DNA of 64,000 bases from Malacoraja senta (lineage: Eukaryota). Below the pieces are notes generated by a model. That model was not told where the DNA came from. It did no database searches and saw nothing but the letters and a program-made list of their open reading frames with translations. This document shows, piece by piece, positions 12,761 to 24,533 of the stretch. The stretch lies in assembly GCA_038087875.1 (NCBI GenBank), contig CM075990.1, forward strand, positions 14,758,001-14,822,000, read 5' to 3'. The position numbers and the translations under genes are program-made. Position 1 is the first letter of the stretch. Each line of letters begins with the position of its first letter.

Positions 12761-13481
12761 GATGAACAAAGGAGCAGAGTGAAGAGTTTCTTTGGTGTCA
12801 AAGGTAGGTGAGCATTCAGGAAATTATCTGTTCTGCTCATTGAAAAAATGGGATAATGAAGGATAAGAATTCCCAAAACTACACTGAAAATGTATTGCTG
12901 GTATGGAACTGTGTTGAAACGTGACAGAAATCATCACTCTTAGATTTTGCTTCATTTTGTACCCTGCAGCTAATTGCAATATAAATTAATGAATGAGAGG
13001 CTTGACGTACCTGCTCTTCCAAAATCCATGGCAAATCAGCTCAATATCTGAAATAATACTTATGCAGTTTGGTAAAGAAATATTTAATATTATCTCTAGA
13101 TATTACAATATATTCTATGAGTGCAAGAACACTACATAAAGATTATATCTGAAACTTGATGAGCTTGTGCTCAAACAATGGACTGTGAAGGTTACAAACT
13201 TAGATGAGGTGAAAAAATATTATTAAGCACGTGCGAGTTGTTATTTAGCAAGATGGAACAGCTAAATAATATTTAAATATTTTTTAATTTTAAGTTTTAA
13301 AATTTAATAAATGTACAGATGGATATTTACAGCTACCTAGTAAAGCAGTGGCACATATTGAAAGAGTGAATTGAATCCGAAAAATGTGTGTGCAATTATC
13401 CAAATATATCTTTTCAATTGGTAATTGCAATATTGCAAAATGTACGAGTCGTGTGAGGACAGTCCACTACAAATACACTGA

Positions 13482-13880
13482 AGGGCCTGTCCCACAAGCA
13501 TGCGATTCCATGCGGCAAGCGCGACCTTACGTGGTCGCTTGTGCCGTACGGCCTCGCGGGGCCGGTCCCACTTCGATCGCCGGAGCCGTATGGAGTTGTG
13601 CGGAGCTGGTCCCGACATCGCGCGGGGCTCCGAAAAACTGACCGTGTTCAAAAATTCCGCGTGGCAACGGCCTGCCGGCCCGCAGCCGCCTCGACGCCGT
13701 GCGCACCGCCTCGACGGGTGTACGCAGCGTCTTGACGCCGAACGCAGCATCTTGACGCCGTACGTCACGCGCGGACTACCCGCGGACTTCGCTCGAACGT
13801 CACTCGACCTCCACGCGGCCCCCGCTTCTGGTTTGGTCGCGCTTGCCGCATGCAGGTCGCATGCTCGTGGGACAGGCCCT
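13482..13880. mobile_element. PIF/Harbinger-like MITE, intact
   Basis: TIRs of about 45 bp, AGGGCCTGTCCCAC...GTGGGACAGGCCCT; perfect 3-bp TSD TGA at 13479-13481 and 13881-13883; very CpG-rich, no transposase. Confidence 0.9.
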
Positions 13881-14972
13881 TGAGGGTCATTCTATTATCA
13901 TTATTTGCATAATTAAGTGAATATAAAAATATCCATGAAATCAAATGAATATATCATGTGGTATAGAACAGATTATGTATTGGCACATTGTGCTCAAGCT
14001 ACATGTTTGGTCTGTGTGGGTAGAGGAGTCAACCGATGAGTAAGTTAGGTTATGATAGAACATATTTTACAGAAGCACATTTTTACCAGAATTTAAATGT
14101 CCCTAACTGGTTCTGGAAATGTTTTAACCTTTTTCATTGTTATATTTTAGGCTTTCAGCTGAAATGAAGAATGAACAGCTTGCTACTTTGAAATAAAACT
14201 AAAAGACCTGCATCCTCATGTACAGGATTTTATTTAAAATTAGAATAAAGTCAGGGCAGCTGCTGAATTAAGTAAATCAACTTAAGAAAAAGCATGTTTG
14301 TAAGTTGAAGTGGATGGTTGATATTTCTGCAGTCTTTATTTCAGTCAGTAATTATTAAGAGAAAATGAAGAAGCTTTAGTACTTAGTTTGTTCACAGATG
14401 GTGAGCAAACTGGGCAAAATGGTGATTTAACTGACATTTTATCAGCGTCTCCTCTCCTGAAATGCAGTGTTTAACTTTTATTAATTGATTCAGATATATG
14501 CTTTCTCTGTTGGTTCAGGTAATCTGTTCCACGTTTTGATCAGTCTTTATGCAGAGAAGATCATTCCGGGATCCAGGAATGTTTTTTCCGAAAGACTGCA
14601 GCTTAATTCCGCCCCTCTCTCCTTCCAAACTTTTCTTCTTTCCTCATGCGTCTCTCTGAGCTTTTGGACCTATTGCTTTTCAAAGTCACTGCGAATTTGA
14701 GCATTTTTTCCCGAGTTGCCTTTATCAACGTTCACCGATAATTTTGCCGTTGTTTCCACAGGTGTTTAAATGCTGCTGATTGTTGTCAGTATGAGATAGC
14801 AGATATGTGCATTTGATCGTGACCAAAAGGGCATTGTGCAGGGTGTGCATTTGGATAATGCACAGATATTAATAGCATCTGCAGTTCCATTATTACATTT
14901 TATATAAGGAGGCATAGTCTGCTCAAATGAATGTGCAGAGATTTTAATTACTAAATGAAAATGATGATGAAA

Positions 14973-15065
14973 GGTCTGAAGAAGGGTCTCAACCCAAAAC
15001 GTCACCTATTCCTTTTCTCCAGAGATGCTGCCTGACCCGCTGAGTTACTCCAGCACTTTGTGTCT
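14973..15065 (+). mobile_element. short PLE-derived hammerhead element (no tail)
   Basis: CTGAAGA at 14976, gggtctcaaccc, aaaacgtc, shared terminus. Confidence 0.85.
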
Positions 15066-15407
15066 GTCTGAAGTTGATGATATATTTGAAGTGAGGCAGG
15101 ATATTGTGACTAAGTTAGCCTGACCCTTGAAAGTGTTGAGTTGTAAGGTTTGTTTTGATATTGATGATATTTTCCTTGGCGGGAATAGCTGGTAAAAGCC
15201 TTGCTTCACTTGTCAACTCTATATTCACAATTATCCATGGAAATCTGCCATCCACCACCCTCCATCAGGTACTGTGACTGTTTCTTTGCTACTGCACATC
15301 AAGTCTCACTCAGCCATCAGCCCCGTGGTTACTGACTACATTGGTTCATGATTCACAAGTGCATCACGCTTTTCAGATTCTCCACTTTGTGTTTAAATTG
15401 GATTATT

Positions 15408-15599
15408 TATGGAGACGCAAGGAACTGCAGATGCTGAAAACTTGAGCAAAACACAAAGTACTGGAGGAAGTCAACAAGTCAGGCAGCATCTGCGGAAGGG
15501 ATGGACAGTTTGAAGAAGGGTCCCAACCCGAAATGTCACCTCTCCATTCCCCCCCACAGATGCTGCCTGACCCGTTGAGTTCCTCCAGCACTTTGTGTT
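15408..15599 (-). mobile_element. fold-back PLE hammerhead element
   Basis: Inverted arms, tail on left arm, tgaagaagggtcccaacccGAAA; TSD ttggattatt at 15398-15407 and 15600-15609. Confidence 0.8.
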
Positions 15600-15607
15600 T
15601 TGGATTA

Positions 15608-15657
15608 TTCATGTGATCTTCATGTGATCTTCATGTGATCTTCATGTGATCTTCATC
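15608..15657. repeat. 11-bp tandem repeat (TTCATGTGATC) x about 4.5
   Basis: Directly visible. Confidence 0.9.
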
Positions 15658-15979
15658 CTACCTCCGATCCACTCTGGATATCTCCAACTTATCTCTTCCC
15701 TTGGGCGGACTATGTATCCACCCAAGTAATATTTGGATTACAGAATTACCAAACTAAACCTATGCATCCCATCTTTCTGCTATGTCTAGTACATTTGGCT
15801 ATTTCTGATTATTATGTCAAATTAATCCAATTAGTTAATAACTGGTATTTGTGATGTGTGGAGATCTTGGAAATAGGCCATGGAGGACAAGCTGTTTGGT
15901 ATGAATGGCTGAAGACAGACGTAAATACCATAGCCTTGCCTTTTTTGTTTATATACTAGACACACCTCAATGGCATGAT

Positions 15980-16124
15980 CGACTCAAAAAGCTGGAATAA
16001 CTCAACAGATCAGACAACATCTCTGGAGAAAAGGAATAGGTCTGATGCCGTCGGACCTGCTGAGTTACTCCAGCTATTTGTGTCTATCTTTGGTTTAAAC
16101 CAGCATCTGCAGTTCCTTCCTACA
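15980..16124 (+). mobile_element. fold-back PLE element lacking the hammerhead core
   Basis: Inverted arms and tail; TSD ctcaatg(g/a)catgat at 15966-15979 and 16125-16138. Confidence 0.8.
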
Positions 16125-16199
16125 CTCAATGACATGATAAAATGCTTTCTGGATGAAAAATGGATGTAACCTTTCCCTCACTGGTCTATTTGATACAAA

Positions 16200-16630
16200 G
16201 CACGCCATTCGTGTGTGCAACCAGACGTGGGCAATATGGAGGGGTGACTAATAAGTGACAAATCCTATTCTCACCTCTCAGGTCTCAGGCAATGGTAATT
16301 CCCAACAAGAAAATAGGTTAATGACATTCCAGTCATGTAATTTTGACAATAAGTGGTATGATGTGTGTCACCATCAACATCTTGGGGAAGCCCATTGATC
16401 AGAATTTAACTGGAAGGTGGTTGTAAATACAGGAATAAGGGGCTGGCTATCCAGCGGTAAATTCTCCCAAGCTTTTGCACAATCTAACAGGTATAAACCA
16501 GGAGTGTGATTGAGTCTCGTCTCTTCGATGTCTGGCTGCAGCTCCCATAGTGTGTAAACAAACTTGAGATCATCCAGGGTAAAGCAGAGCCTATGATTTT
16601 TGCTCCATCCACTATTCCGTCATTTCATTA
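16200..16630 (+). mobile_element. ancient degraded CR1-like RT fragment
   Basis: catcttgggg...attgatcagaa and the ILG/IDQ and Q(G/D)KA remnants typical of old CR1 RT; similar sequence at about 7000-7300. Confidence 0.5.
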
Positions 16631-16634
16631 TGGC

Positions 16635-16840
16635 TAGACACAAAATGCTGGAGTAACTCAGCGGGACAGACAGCATCTCTGGAGAGAAGGAATGGGCGAC
16701 GTTTCAGGTCTGAATAAGGGTGTCGCCCGAAACATCACCCATTCCTTCTCTCCAGAGATGCTGTCTGTCCCACTGAGTTACTCCAGCATTTTGTGTGTAC
16801 CTTCGATATCAACCAGCATCTGCAGTTCTTTCCTCCACAC
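16635..16840 (+). mobile_element. fold-back PLE hammerhead element
   Basis: Near-perfect inverted arms of about 65 bp (acacaaaatgctggagtaactcag...aggaatggg / cccattcct...ctgagttactccagcattttgtgt) around ctgaataagggtgtcgcccGAAAC; tail on right arm. Confidence 0.9.
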
Positions 16841-17102
16841 TCCGTTAAGGCTGTAGTGTGTATGGAGTATACCAACATGAGATTAAATGTCCTTCTGCAT
16901 GTCCACTGGAATAAAAAAATGCAATATCCATAATGAAATCAATTCAATATTAATATGCATATTCAATATTGCCAAGATGCATCTATAGCATTTTGGTGAC
17001 AATCTACCAATACTGCAGCTGCTGGAGTTACTGCCTCAGAATTCCAGCAACCCAGTTCCAGCAACCGAGGCAGTGGTATGTTTTCTCAAGCTATTCCACA
17101 AT

Positions 17103-17465
17103 ATAATAATAATAATAATAATAGATTTTATTTATATAGCGCTTTTCAGGACTCAAAGTCGCTTTACAATTGAGAGTCAGGAATAAACAAAACAAAATAG
17201 AGCAGTAAGACAGAGGGGAGGGGAACATGGGACTAAGGGTATGCAGAGGTGAAGAGATGGGTCTTGAGGCGGGACTGGAAGATGGTGAGGGACTCAGAAT
17301 TTCGGACCGGTTGTGGGAGGGAATTCCAGAGCCTGGGGGCTGCCCTGGAGAAGGCTCTGCCTCCAAAAGTGCAGAGGTTTGATTTCGGAGTGGAGAGGAG
17401 ACCAGCTGATGTGGATCTGAGGGACCGTGAGGGTTGGTAGGGGGAGAGGAGGTCAATGAGATAAG
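17103..17465 (-). mobile_element. L2-clade LINE 3' fragment
   Basis: YQPSRSLRS...FGGRAFSRAAPRLWNSLP...FQSRLKTHLF; 3' stem-loop gtaaagcgactttgag...aagcgctatataaat and (ATT)n tail. Confidence 0.9.
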
Positions 17466-17974
17466 AGGTACAAACCAAGAGTGGGATTGAGTCTCATCTA
17501 TTTGATGTCTGCCTGCAGCTCCAAGAGTGTCTAAACAAACTTGTGATCATCCAGGGTCAAGCAGCCCCTTTGATTGTTGCTCCATCTACCATTCCGTCAC
17601 TTCATCAAAGGTGCATTCTGGCTGTCGTGCGTACAATCTGCAGAATGTACTGCAACTTTGACAAACCTCCCAACTAATGACGTCTTGTCTCTGGGAGAGG
17701 GACAACAGGCACATGGGAATATCACCATCTGTACAATCCCTCCAATTCACACACCATCCTGTTTATAACCACAGAGCTGTCACAAAAAAATTAAAAATTA
17801 AAACGTTTCAGATGGTGGGAATCTCAAATCAAAACAACATGTTGGAAATACTCAGGCAACATAAGTGGAGATAGAAACAGTGTTAAGGTTTCAGGTCAGG
17901 AACTGAATATTATAGTCACAGTCCAACAGAAACAAGATATGCTGAACTTTTTTTGTTTTTTATGGGTTTTATAG

Positions 17975-18070
17975 GTAGCTATGTTTCCATCTCTGCTGTG
18001 CTGCCGCAAGTAAGAATGTCGTTGTTCTGTTTTGGGACATATGACAGTAAAACACTCTTGACTCTTGATG
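17975..18070 (+). mobile_element. Rex1/Babar-like 3' terminus
   Basis: gctgccgcaagtaagaat...gggacatatgacagtaaaacactcttgactcttga matches the termini at 22880 and 57082. Confidence 0.7.
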
Positions 18071-18260
18071 ACTGCATGGGAACCGTCCTTTTGGCCCACA
18101 GGTTATGTCAATGATCAAACCCCCAATTACAATAAACTTGTTCTCCTCATCCCGCAATCCTGGCAACTCTCCCATACACTGGGGGCAATTTACAGTGACC
18201 AATAACCCAATCAGCCTGAAGGCCTTTGGGATACGGGTGGGGAAAAAACAAAGCACCTGC

Positions 18261-18540
18261 AGGCAGCATCTCTGGAGTAAATGGATAAGTGATGTTTCGG
18301 GTTCGGGACCATTCTTAAGAACTGCAGATGCTGGTTTACCAAGGAAAGACACAAAATGCTGGAGTAACTCAGTGGGTCAGGCGGCATCTGTGGAGAACAC
18401 GAATAGATCATGTTTCGAGTCAGGACCCTTCTTCTGAAGAAGTTTGTCTGAAGAAGGGTTCCGACCCAAAACGTCACCTATCCATGTTCTCCAGAGATGC
18501 AGTCTGGCCTGTTAATTTACTCTAGCATTTGGTGTCTTTA
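18261..18540. mobile_element. compound PLE hammerhead element: two tandem minus-strand units plus an inverted arm
   Basis: Two successive gatgtttcgg(g/a)t...accMttctt units, then CTGAAGAagggttccgacccaaaacgtc on +. Confidence 0.75.
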
Positions 18541-18884
18541 CTTTATCAGATTTCTTCAAGTAACTTAGAAATATCAGTTCCAAAGAGCCTTTGGCTTGCT
18601 TTTCCCATATGCAGTTTTGAACAAGATTGTTAGAACTTATCCATTCCTAAACTTCGAATGCTTCCCAAATTTCAAATTGCATTTTACTTGAAAGTTTACC
18701 AAGTTATTGGCTTCCAACATTCAGAGCTTGCTTATTTAAAATATAGAAAAGATAAAACAAAAAAGTAGTGATCATTTTGTTGAATTGGATTCCATCTCAA
18801 TATTATTTTCAAATTCTTCGTTTGCTTGTTTTCAACAATGTTGCCTTACATTCTTTAAACTTTGCTCAAACATTCTTTAGGGCT

Positions 18885-19018
18885 CTTAAAGATAGCAGAG
18901 TCAAGGGATATGGGGAGAAGGCAGGATCAGGGTGCTGATTGAGGATCATCCATGCTCACATTGAATGGCGGTGCTGGCTCAAAGGGCCGAATGGCCTACT
19001 CCTGCACCTATTGTCTAT
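18885..19018 (+). mobile_element. CR1 3' end fragment
   Basis: ggatatggggagaaggcagg...gggccgaatggcctactcctgcacctatt. Confidence 0.8.
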
Positions 19019-19979
19019 TCAAAGTTTAATGAGTTACAAAGCACTTTTATCTTGCATCCTTAATTTGAAAGCTGATTCCTGACTAGCTGATGTGAAGAGG
19101 TCAATTTTTATCCTATTCTCAAATGAAAATCACACCATACTTTTATGCCACTTGAGTCATTTATGTGACTTTACAGCATTTTAATTTCAGCACTGCAGTA
19201 ATTGGAGATCATCCAAGAAGAGATATTTGAGTTAATGCTTTTGTTATTAAAATTCTTCCTTTCCCTTAACCTATTTGCATGATCAGAACTGATAAGAAAT
19301 CTTCAGGAAAAGATTAGTATGTCTGGTAGTCTATGTTCCTGTGTGTTTGAGCCTAGTTCAGCCAATTCAGGATTGTTGCCATTAATTACTATGGCAGTAG
19401 AATACCGAAAAGTCTGCTGCACTGACTCTTGGATTGGTGCTTAATGAAGCAGCCTTAAGGGCTGCAGCAAGACCTCAGAATTGAAACGTTTGAAACTTAA
19501 AACAGCAAGAATCAAGGGCTGTGTGATGGACATTGTAAAGTGTTCATTTTGTTGTCTGCATCACACCAGTAATTCTGGTTGATTCAGTAGACCATGCTTG
19601 CAGATCCATTAATATTTCACACTGAACTCAAAAGAGAGTTGAGGGAAAGAGAGTAAAGTGCAAGTGTTGGATGATCTTTTATTCGTGTAGTGAAAGCTGT
19701 CAGAAGAGCGAGTCGTGAGTAGTGGGTAAAGAAAAGCTTCATTTGTGGACTTTGGAATTAAATTGTATAAAAGGGATCTGTGTTATTATCTAAAAAAAAT
19801 GTCTAAAACTGAAAATGATTCCCGTAATTTGCACATGAGCAGTCAAAACCTGAAATGCAGAATTCTCCATAATAGATGTTGAATTTATTGTGAGCTTCAA
19901 CATTCTGCACACTATTCTTGTATTTAAACATGTTTACCCTGGTTGATTGAGTCGTAGCCATTGAGCCATACAGCTCGTA

Positions 19980-20400
19980 GACATAGAAACATAGAAAATA
20001 GGTGCAGATGTAGGCCATTCAGCCCTTCGAGCCAGCACCGCCATTCAATATGATCATGGCTGATCATCCAAAATCAGTACCCCGTTCCTGCTTTTTCCCC
20101 ATATTCCTTGATCTGTTAGCCCTAAGAGCTAAATCTAACTCTCTCTTGAAAACAAGTCCTTCGGCACAACTCATCCATGTCAACCAAGATGCCCCATCTA
20201 AGAAGGTCCCATTTGCCCATGTTCATAACTTCATAAGTGATAGGAACAGAATTAGGCCATTCGGCCCATCAAGTCTACTCTGCCATTCAATCATGGGTGA
20301 TCTATCTTTTCCTCTTAACCACATTCTCCTGCCTTCTCCCCATAACCCCTGACACCCGTACTAATCAAGAATGTATCTATCTCTGCCTTAAAAATATCCA
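19980..20400 (-). mobile_element. cluster of CR1 3' end fragments
   Basis: catagaaacatagaaaataggtgcag tail, IFKAEIDTFLISTGVRGYGEKAG remnants; at least two subfamilies. Confidence 0.75.
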
Positions 20401-20693
20401 TTGGCCCATATTTCCTTAAAACGTTCCTATCTTTGTGACCGTGCACCTGTTTGTTAAATGTTGTTGTGGTACATTGATTCACAGTTATTAGCACCAAGTA
20501 TGTCTCATCTACATACTTGGCTCCAATGACTGTGGTATCAGCTTGTAGTCTTGAAAATCTAATTGCTGGCTGGTATTTCCTCCATTTTGTGTTTTTAAAA
20601 ACTCTAACATTAATTTTTTAATGCCTAATACATTAATGCCCTGCATTTAACCAATTTCCTTTAGATTTCTGAAAATTAAGTAAAACGTATTTT

Positions 20694-20999
20694 GGGCAGC
20701 CACAGTGGTGCAGCGGTAGAGTTGCTGCCTTACAGCGCTTGCAGCGCCAGAGACTATGTTCGATCCCGACAATGGGTGCTGTCTGTACGGAGTTTATACG
20801 TTCTACGCGTGTGCTTTCTCCGAGATCCTCCGTTTCCTCGCACGCTCAAAAGACGTACAGGTATGTAGGTTAATTGGCATGGTGTATATGCAAATTGTCC
20901 CAAGTGTGTGTAGGATAGTGTTAATGTGCGGCGATCGCTGGCGCGGACTCGGTGGGCCGAAGGGCCTGTTTCCGTGCTGTATCTCTAAACTAAACTAAA
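20694..20999 (+). mobile_element. HE1/V-SINE-like SINE, full length
   Basis: A-box tggtgcagcgg, B-box gttcgatcc, V-like core, tail gggccgaagggcctgtttccgtgctgtatctc(taaac)n. Confidence 0.9.
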
Positions 21000-22156
21000 A
21001 ATAATTTGTTTCCGTAATTTTTACTTCCTGATTCAATATCAGTTTGACCGCATGGTTCCTGGATACCAGAAGTCTGAAAGTCACATTGGAATTGGTGAAA
21101 ACACGATTATAGGCTACATTAAGTTTCTGCATACAGTATATTTTGAGGTCACTGTGTTTTGATCTATCACCTCTAAACACAGCTTTGCTCTTTTTCCCTT
21201 TTCATTATTTGTGTACGCAATGATAAAGAAATTGCCGTCGTTTTTGAGGAATGTCAGACAACCTTTCAGGTTGTGAACTCTTGTGTTGACTTTGACTTGC
21301 AGACAGTATGCTCCTTCAAAGACCAGAGTCAGTCATGTACTGCTTTTACAAGAATTCAGTGAGAAACTTGCTGGAGTACTGTTAGTATCTGTTTTTTTTA
21401 AATCCTGGTCTGTTTAATGTTGTCTCATGACATTCCTGGCCAGACATCATTTTAATGGTATGTGCGGTGATAAAGCCAATAAACTGTCAGAATGATTGAT
21501 AATCTGAGCGTTTTAGCAATATGACTTTCCTGTCCTCCTCTATGCCTGAGATGATGGTTTTCAAATTGAATTCTTACAGTGTATAGTGTGTTTTTGGATA
21601 TACTCAAGACCGAGTTTTCTGTTTATAGCGTGGTTAGTGTGGTGAGAGCTTGTTGCAATGAGTAATTTTGAATCCTGTATTGTTCTTGCTACTAAAACAT
21701 TTCTTTAAATGAGAACATTGCACTTTTTAAATTCATCGTCCTTTGTTATCCAAATGCAAATAATTTAAGACTTTGTCTCAATATGCTAATTCTTATCCCT
21801 TGAAACACCAATGATTGGTCTTTTTAAGGACCCCTAATTAGTGCAAAATAATTTAATGTTATGGGTAGGAGCTCTGATAAATCTAATTGACAGTTTTTTA
21901 AACTCTGCAGTGTTAATTCTAACTTTGCATCAGCAGTTGTTTATAGTGGGTAGGATGAACACTATACCTTTGGGGGATAGGGGGGAGGGGTAACCATGTA
22001 ACTCTCTGAACAAAAGCAATCTAAATCCATGCATTTCACTTGATAAGTTCTCTTTGAATGAGCACAAGCTTGATGTGTTCCTTCAAAATCCAGTGGATGC
22101 TTCCTCCTGTGGAAGATAGTAAAACTGGGAGTTAGTGATTAAAAATAAGGAGACAT

Positions 22157-22440
22157 AATGAACTGCAGATGTTGGAATCTCGAGCAAAAGACAAAGACCT
22201 GGAGATATTCAACGGGTCAGGAAGCTTCTTTGGAGAGCAATGGACATGCAATGTTTCACCTGCATCCACCTATCACTTGCCAGAATTATCCCTCCCCCAA
22301 CTCTTCTCGCCTACCTAACACCAGACCTCTCCCCTTCTTCAATCAGTCTGTAGAAGGGTCTCAACTTGAAATGTTGTCTGTTTATTCCCTTCACAAATGC
22401 ATGCCTGGCCCACTGTTCCCCCAGCACTTTTTTGTTTTGG
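22157..22440. mobile_element. older fold-back PLE element with a longer arm
   Basis: Tail aactgcagatgttgg on left; ctgtagaagggtctcaacttgaaa and ccagcacttt on right. Confidence 0.6.
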
Positions 22441-23058
22441 TTAAACAATTACAAAAAGGCTGTCCGATTAAGACAAAGTTAAGGATTTTTTTTTCTATGA
22501 GGGCAATGAGTCTTTGGGACCTTTCTCAAAAGCTGATGGAAGTGGAGGCCTTGAATATTTTTCGAGTATGTGGTACATTGATTCTTGACAAACATGAGGG
22601 TGAAAGACTTCTGTAGCTAGGCTGGAAAGAGGAGTCACAGAGTTGCTGCTCTAAACAACCTGCCTAACCAAACAAAACTTTGGGATGTGGTAGGTAACCC
22701 GAGCTCACTGGATAATCTCATATGATTGCAGGAATAATGTGCACACTCCATGCAGAGCACCCGAGGTCAGGATTGACTCGTGGTCTCTGATACTGCAAGG
22801 CCTTGGCTATACTGGCTGCGCTACTGTGATCCTGTGGAGTTGAGGTTACAGCCATGATCTTATTAGTGTCAAGAGGGAGTCGAGAGTGTTTTTATTGTCA
22901 TATGTCCCAGATAGAACAATGAAATTCTACTTGCAACAGCTCAACAGAATATGTAAACATAGTACACTGTGAACAATATAATAAACGAGAGAGAAAACAA
23001 AGTTCAGTGTGTGCATTTACAGTATACACATACAAATACACACATATATATAGATATA

Positions 23059-24533
23059 CAGTGCCCTCCATAATGTTTGGGACAAAGACCCATCATTTAT
23101 TTATTTGCCTCTGTACTCCACAATTTGAGATTTGTAATAGAAAATATCACATGTGGTTAAAGTGCACATTGTCAGATTTTATTAAAGGGTGATTTTAAAC
23201 ATTTTGGTTTCACCATGTAGAAATTACTGCTGTGTTTATACATAGTCTCCCCCCCCCAAATTTTTGGGACAATGTTTGGGACACATGGCTTCACAGGTGT
23301 TTGTAATTGCTCAGGTGTGTTTAATTGCCTCCTTGATGCAGGTATAAGAGAGCTCTCAGCACCTAGTCTTTCCCCTAGTCTTTCCATCGCCATTGAAAAC
23401 TTTTATTGCTGTTTATCAACATGAGGACCAAAGTTGTGTCAATGAAAGTCAAAGAAGCCATTATGAGACTGAGAAACAAGAATAAACTGTTAGACACATC
23501 AGCCAAATCTTAGGCTTACCAAAATCAACTGTTTGGAACATCATTAAGAAGAAAGAGAGCACTGGTGAGCTTACTAATCACGAAGGGACTGGCAGGCTAA
23601 GGAAGACCTCCACAACTGATGACAGAAGAATTCTCTCTATAATAATGAAAAATCCCCAAACACCTGTCTGACAGATCAGAAACACTCTTCAGGAGTCAGG
23701 TGTGGATTTGTCAATGACCGCTGTCCACAGAAGACTTCATGAACAGAAATACAGAGGCTACACAGCCAGATGCAAACCACTGGTTAGCCGCATACCACCT
23801 CATCTGTGGGGTGGGGGTGGGGGGGTGTTATGGCCTGGGCATGTATGGCTGCTGAAGGTACTGGCTCACTTATCTTCATTAATGATACAACTGCTGATGG
23901 TAGTAGCATAATGAATTCTGAAGTGCATAGACACATCCTATCTGCTCAAGTTCAAACAAATGCCTCAAAACTCATTGGCCGGCAGTTCATTCTACAGCAA
24001 GACAATGGTCCCAAACATACTGCTGAAGCAACAAAGGAGTCTTTTAAAGCTAAAAAATTGTAAATTCCTGAGTGTCCAAGTCAATCACCCGATCTGAACC
24101 CAACTGAGCATGCCTTTTATATGCTGAAGAGAAAACTGAAGGGGACTAGCCCCCAAAACAAGCAAAGCTAAAGATGGCTGCAATACAGGCCTGGCAGAGC
24201 ATCACCAGAGAAGACACCCAGCAACTGGTGATGTCCATGAATCACAGACTTCAAACAGTCATTGCATGCAAAGGATATGCAACAACATACTAAACATGAC
24301 TACTTTCATTTACATGACATTGCTGTGTCCCAAACATTATGGTGCCCTGAAATGGGGGGACTATGTAATTTCTACATGGTGAAACCAAAATGTATAAAAA
24401 TGGCCTTAATTAAAATCTGACAATGTGCACTCTAGCTACATGTGAGTTTTTCTATTACAAATCTCAAATTGTGGAGTACAGAGACAAATAAATAAGTGAT
24501 GGGCCTTTGTCCCAAACATTATGAAGGGCACTG
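23059..24533 (+). mobile_element. Tc1-like DNA transposon (DD34E), complete ends, dead transposase
   Basis: CAGTGCCCTCCATAATGTTTGGGAC...GTCCCAAACATTATGAAGGGCACTG TIRs of about 200 bp; TA TSD at 23057-23058 and 24534-24535. Confidence 0.95.
23421..24295 (+). pseudogene. Tc1 transposase pseudogene
   Basis: GLPKSTVWNIIKK, G-R-x-RKT, QQDNGPKH...SPDLNPTE with 34 residues between D and E; frameshifts, stop at 24061 and internal deletion of the first-D region. Confidence 0.9.

Noticed and set aside
13337..13883. Overlapping 64-143 aa ORFs
   Set aside because: By-product of the GC-rich MITE; no transposase motifs
14151..14196. Acceptor-like ttttag followed by LSAEMKNEQLATLK-stop
   Set aside because: No supporting homology; such sites arise by chance
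16635..16800. Long hairpin as pre-miRNA or classical MITE
   Set aside because: Arms derive from the PLE pLTR, are asymmetric, and relatives have long variable TSDs typical of retrotransposition; no expression evidence
20694..20775. tRNA-like A and B boxes
   Set aside because: SINE head, not a complete cloverleaf tRNA gene
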